A stretch of 64,000 nucleotides of DNA, taken from the NCBI RefSeq assembly GCF_964213995.1, contig NC_135817.1, positions 53,320,001-53,384,000 on the forward strand. Reading direction: 5' to 3'. How positions within the stretch are numbered: position 1 is the first letter of the stretch; every line of letters begins with the position of its first letter. This DNA is from Mustelus asterias. Taxonomy: Eukaryota. Position numbers and translations under genes: made by a program. Shown piece by piece: positions 63,364-64,000 of this stretch. The notes below the pieces were generated by a model. It had not been told where the DNA came from. It ran no database searches and was given only the letters and a program-made list of their open reading frames with translations.

Positions 63364-63490
63364 GGCCAGAATTGTATCGGCAAACCTGCCCTGATTCCAG
63401 GGGCTGGCAAGGCTCGGAGAACGGCATTCCCCGTTGGCCTCGGGCAGGATCGTACGAACCTCAGGCAGACGTGCCGGTAAAATTCTGCCC
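63364..63490. mobile_element. Harbinger-type MITE with 3-bp TSD ATA
   Basis: 19-bp TIRs (16/19 match); interrupts recognisable CR1 sequence. Confidence 0.85.
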
Positions 63491-63814
63491 ATACAGTACA
63501 AAAACAGCAAGTTATGGGGAACCTTTATAAAGCACTGTTTCAGCCTCAATTAGAGTATTGTGTCCTAGTCTGGGATCCGTAATTTAGGAAGGATTGGAAG
63601 GCCATGGAGAGGATGCAGGAAAGATGTATGCGAATGGCTCCAGGGATGAAGCACTTGGGTTATATGATTAGACTGACAAATCTGGGATTGGTCTACTCCA
63701 AGAAGTTTTAAAGGAATCTAAACGTTTATAACCGGAACAGGCAGAATTCATGTCACTCTCACCAACAATACTTTGGCTAGGATTACTAATAAATAAGAAA
63801 AGCCTTTGAAACAG

Positions 63815-64000
63815 AATAGAATAGAATCATAGAATCCCTACAGTGCAGAAGGGGGCCATTCGGCCCATCGAGTCTGCATCAACACTCTGACAGAGCATTC
63901 CACCAGGCCCTACCCTTGAAACTCCATGTATTTAGCCTGCTAATCCCCCGAACCTACACATCTTGAGACACTAAGGGCAATTTAGCATGGCCAATTCACC
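63815..64000 (-). mobile_element. HE1-type SINE 3' part, truncated by window end
   Basis: (ATAGA)n tail and CCTACAGTGCAGAAGG segment. Confidence 0.8.

Overview
Eukaryotic, repeat-rich genomic DNA from a cartilaginous fish, probably a shark (HE1-type V-SINEs, abundant CR1 LINEs). Two spliced + strand genes can be built by hand. (1) A complete six-exon TRIM45 orthologue (4..27924, 571 aa; RING, two B-boxes, coiled coil, filamin domain, Cys/His-rich C-terminus). (2) A single-Ig-domain receptor gene (34627..41992 coding, probable last exon near 46049-46350): leader, germline-joined VJ-type V domain, 30-nt stalk exon and an Arg-containing transmembrane helix with essentially no tail. It looks like an NKp30/NCR3-type activating receptor and is preceded by STAT and ETS-IRF motifs. 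The rest is nested mobile DNA: CR1, Rex1/Babar, RTE and L2 LINEs, SINEs, two solo LTRs, Harbinger-type MITEs with a transposase relic, and Penelope-like micro-insertions. Most worth follow-up: the Ig receptor; a fossil viral fusion/Env-like gene in its intron 2; a U2-snRNA-headed SINE-like element; a tandemly duplicated GAS/ISRE module with asymmetric CpG loss; and several long inverted repeats. Family assignments are from recalled sequence knowledge, not searches, and TE boundaries are approximate unless a TSD is given.
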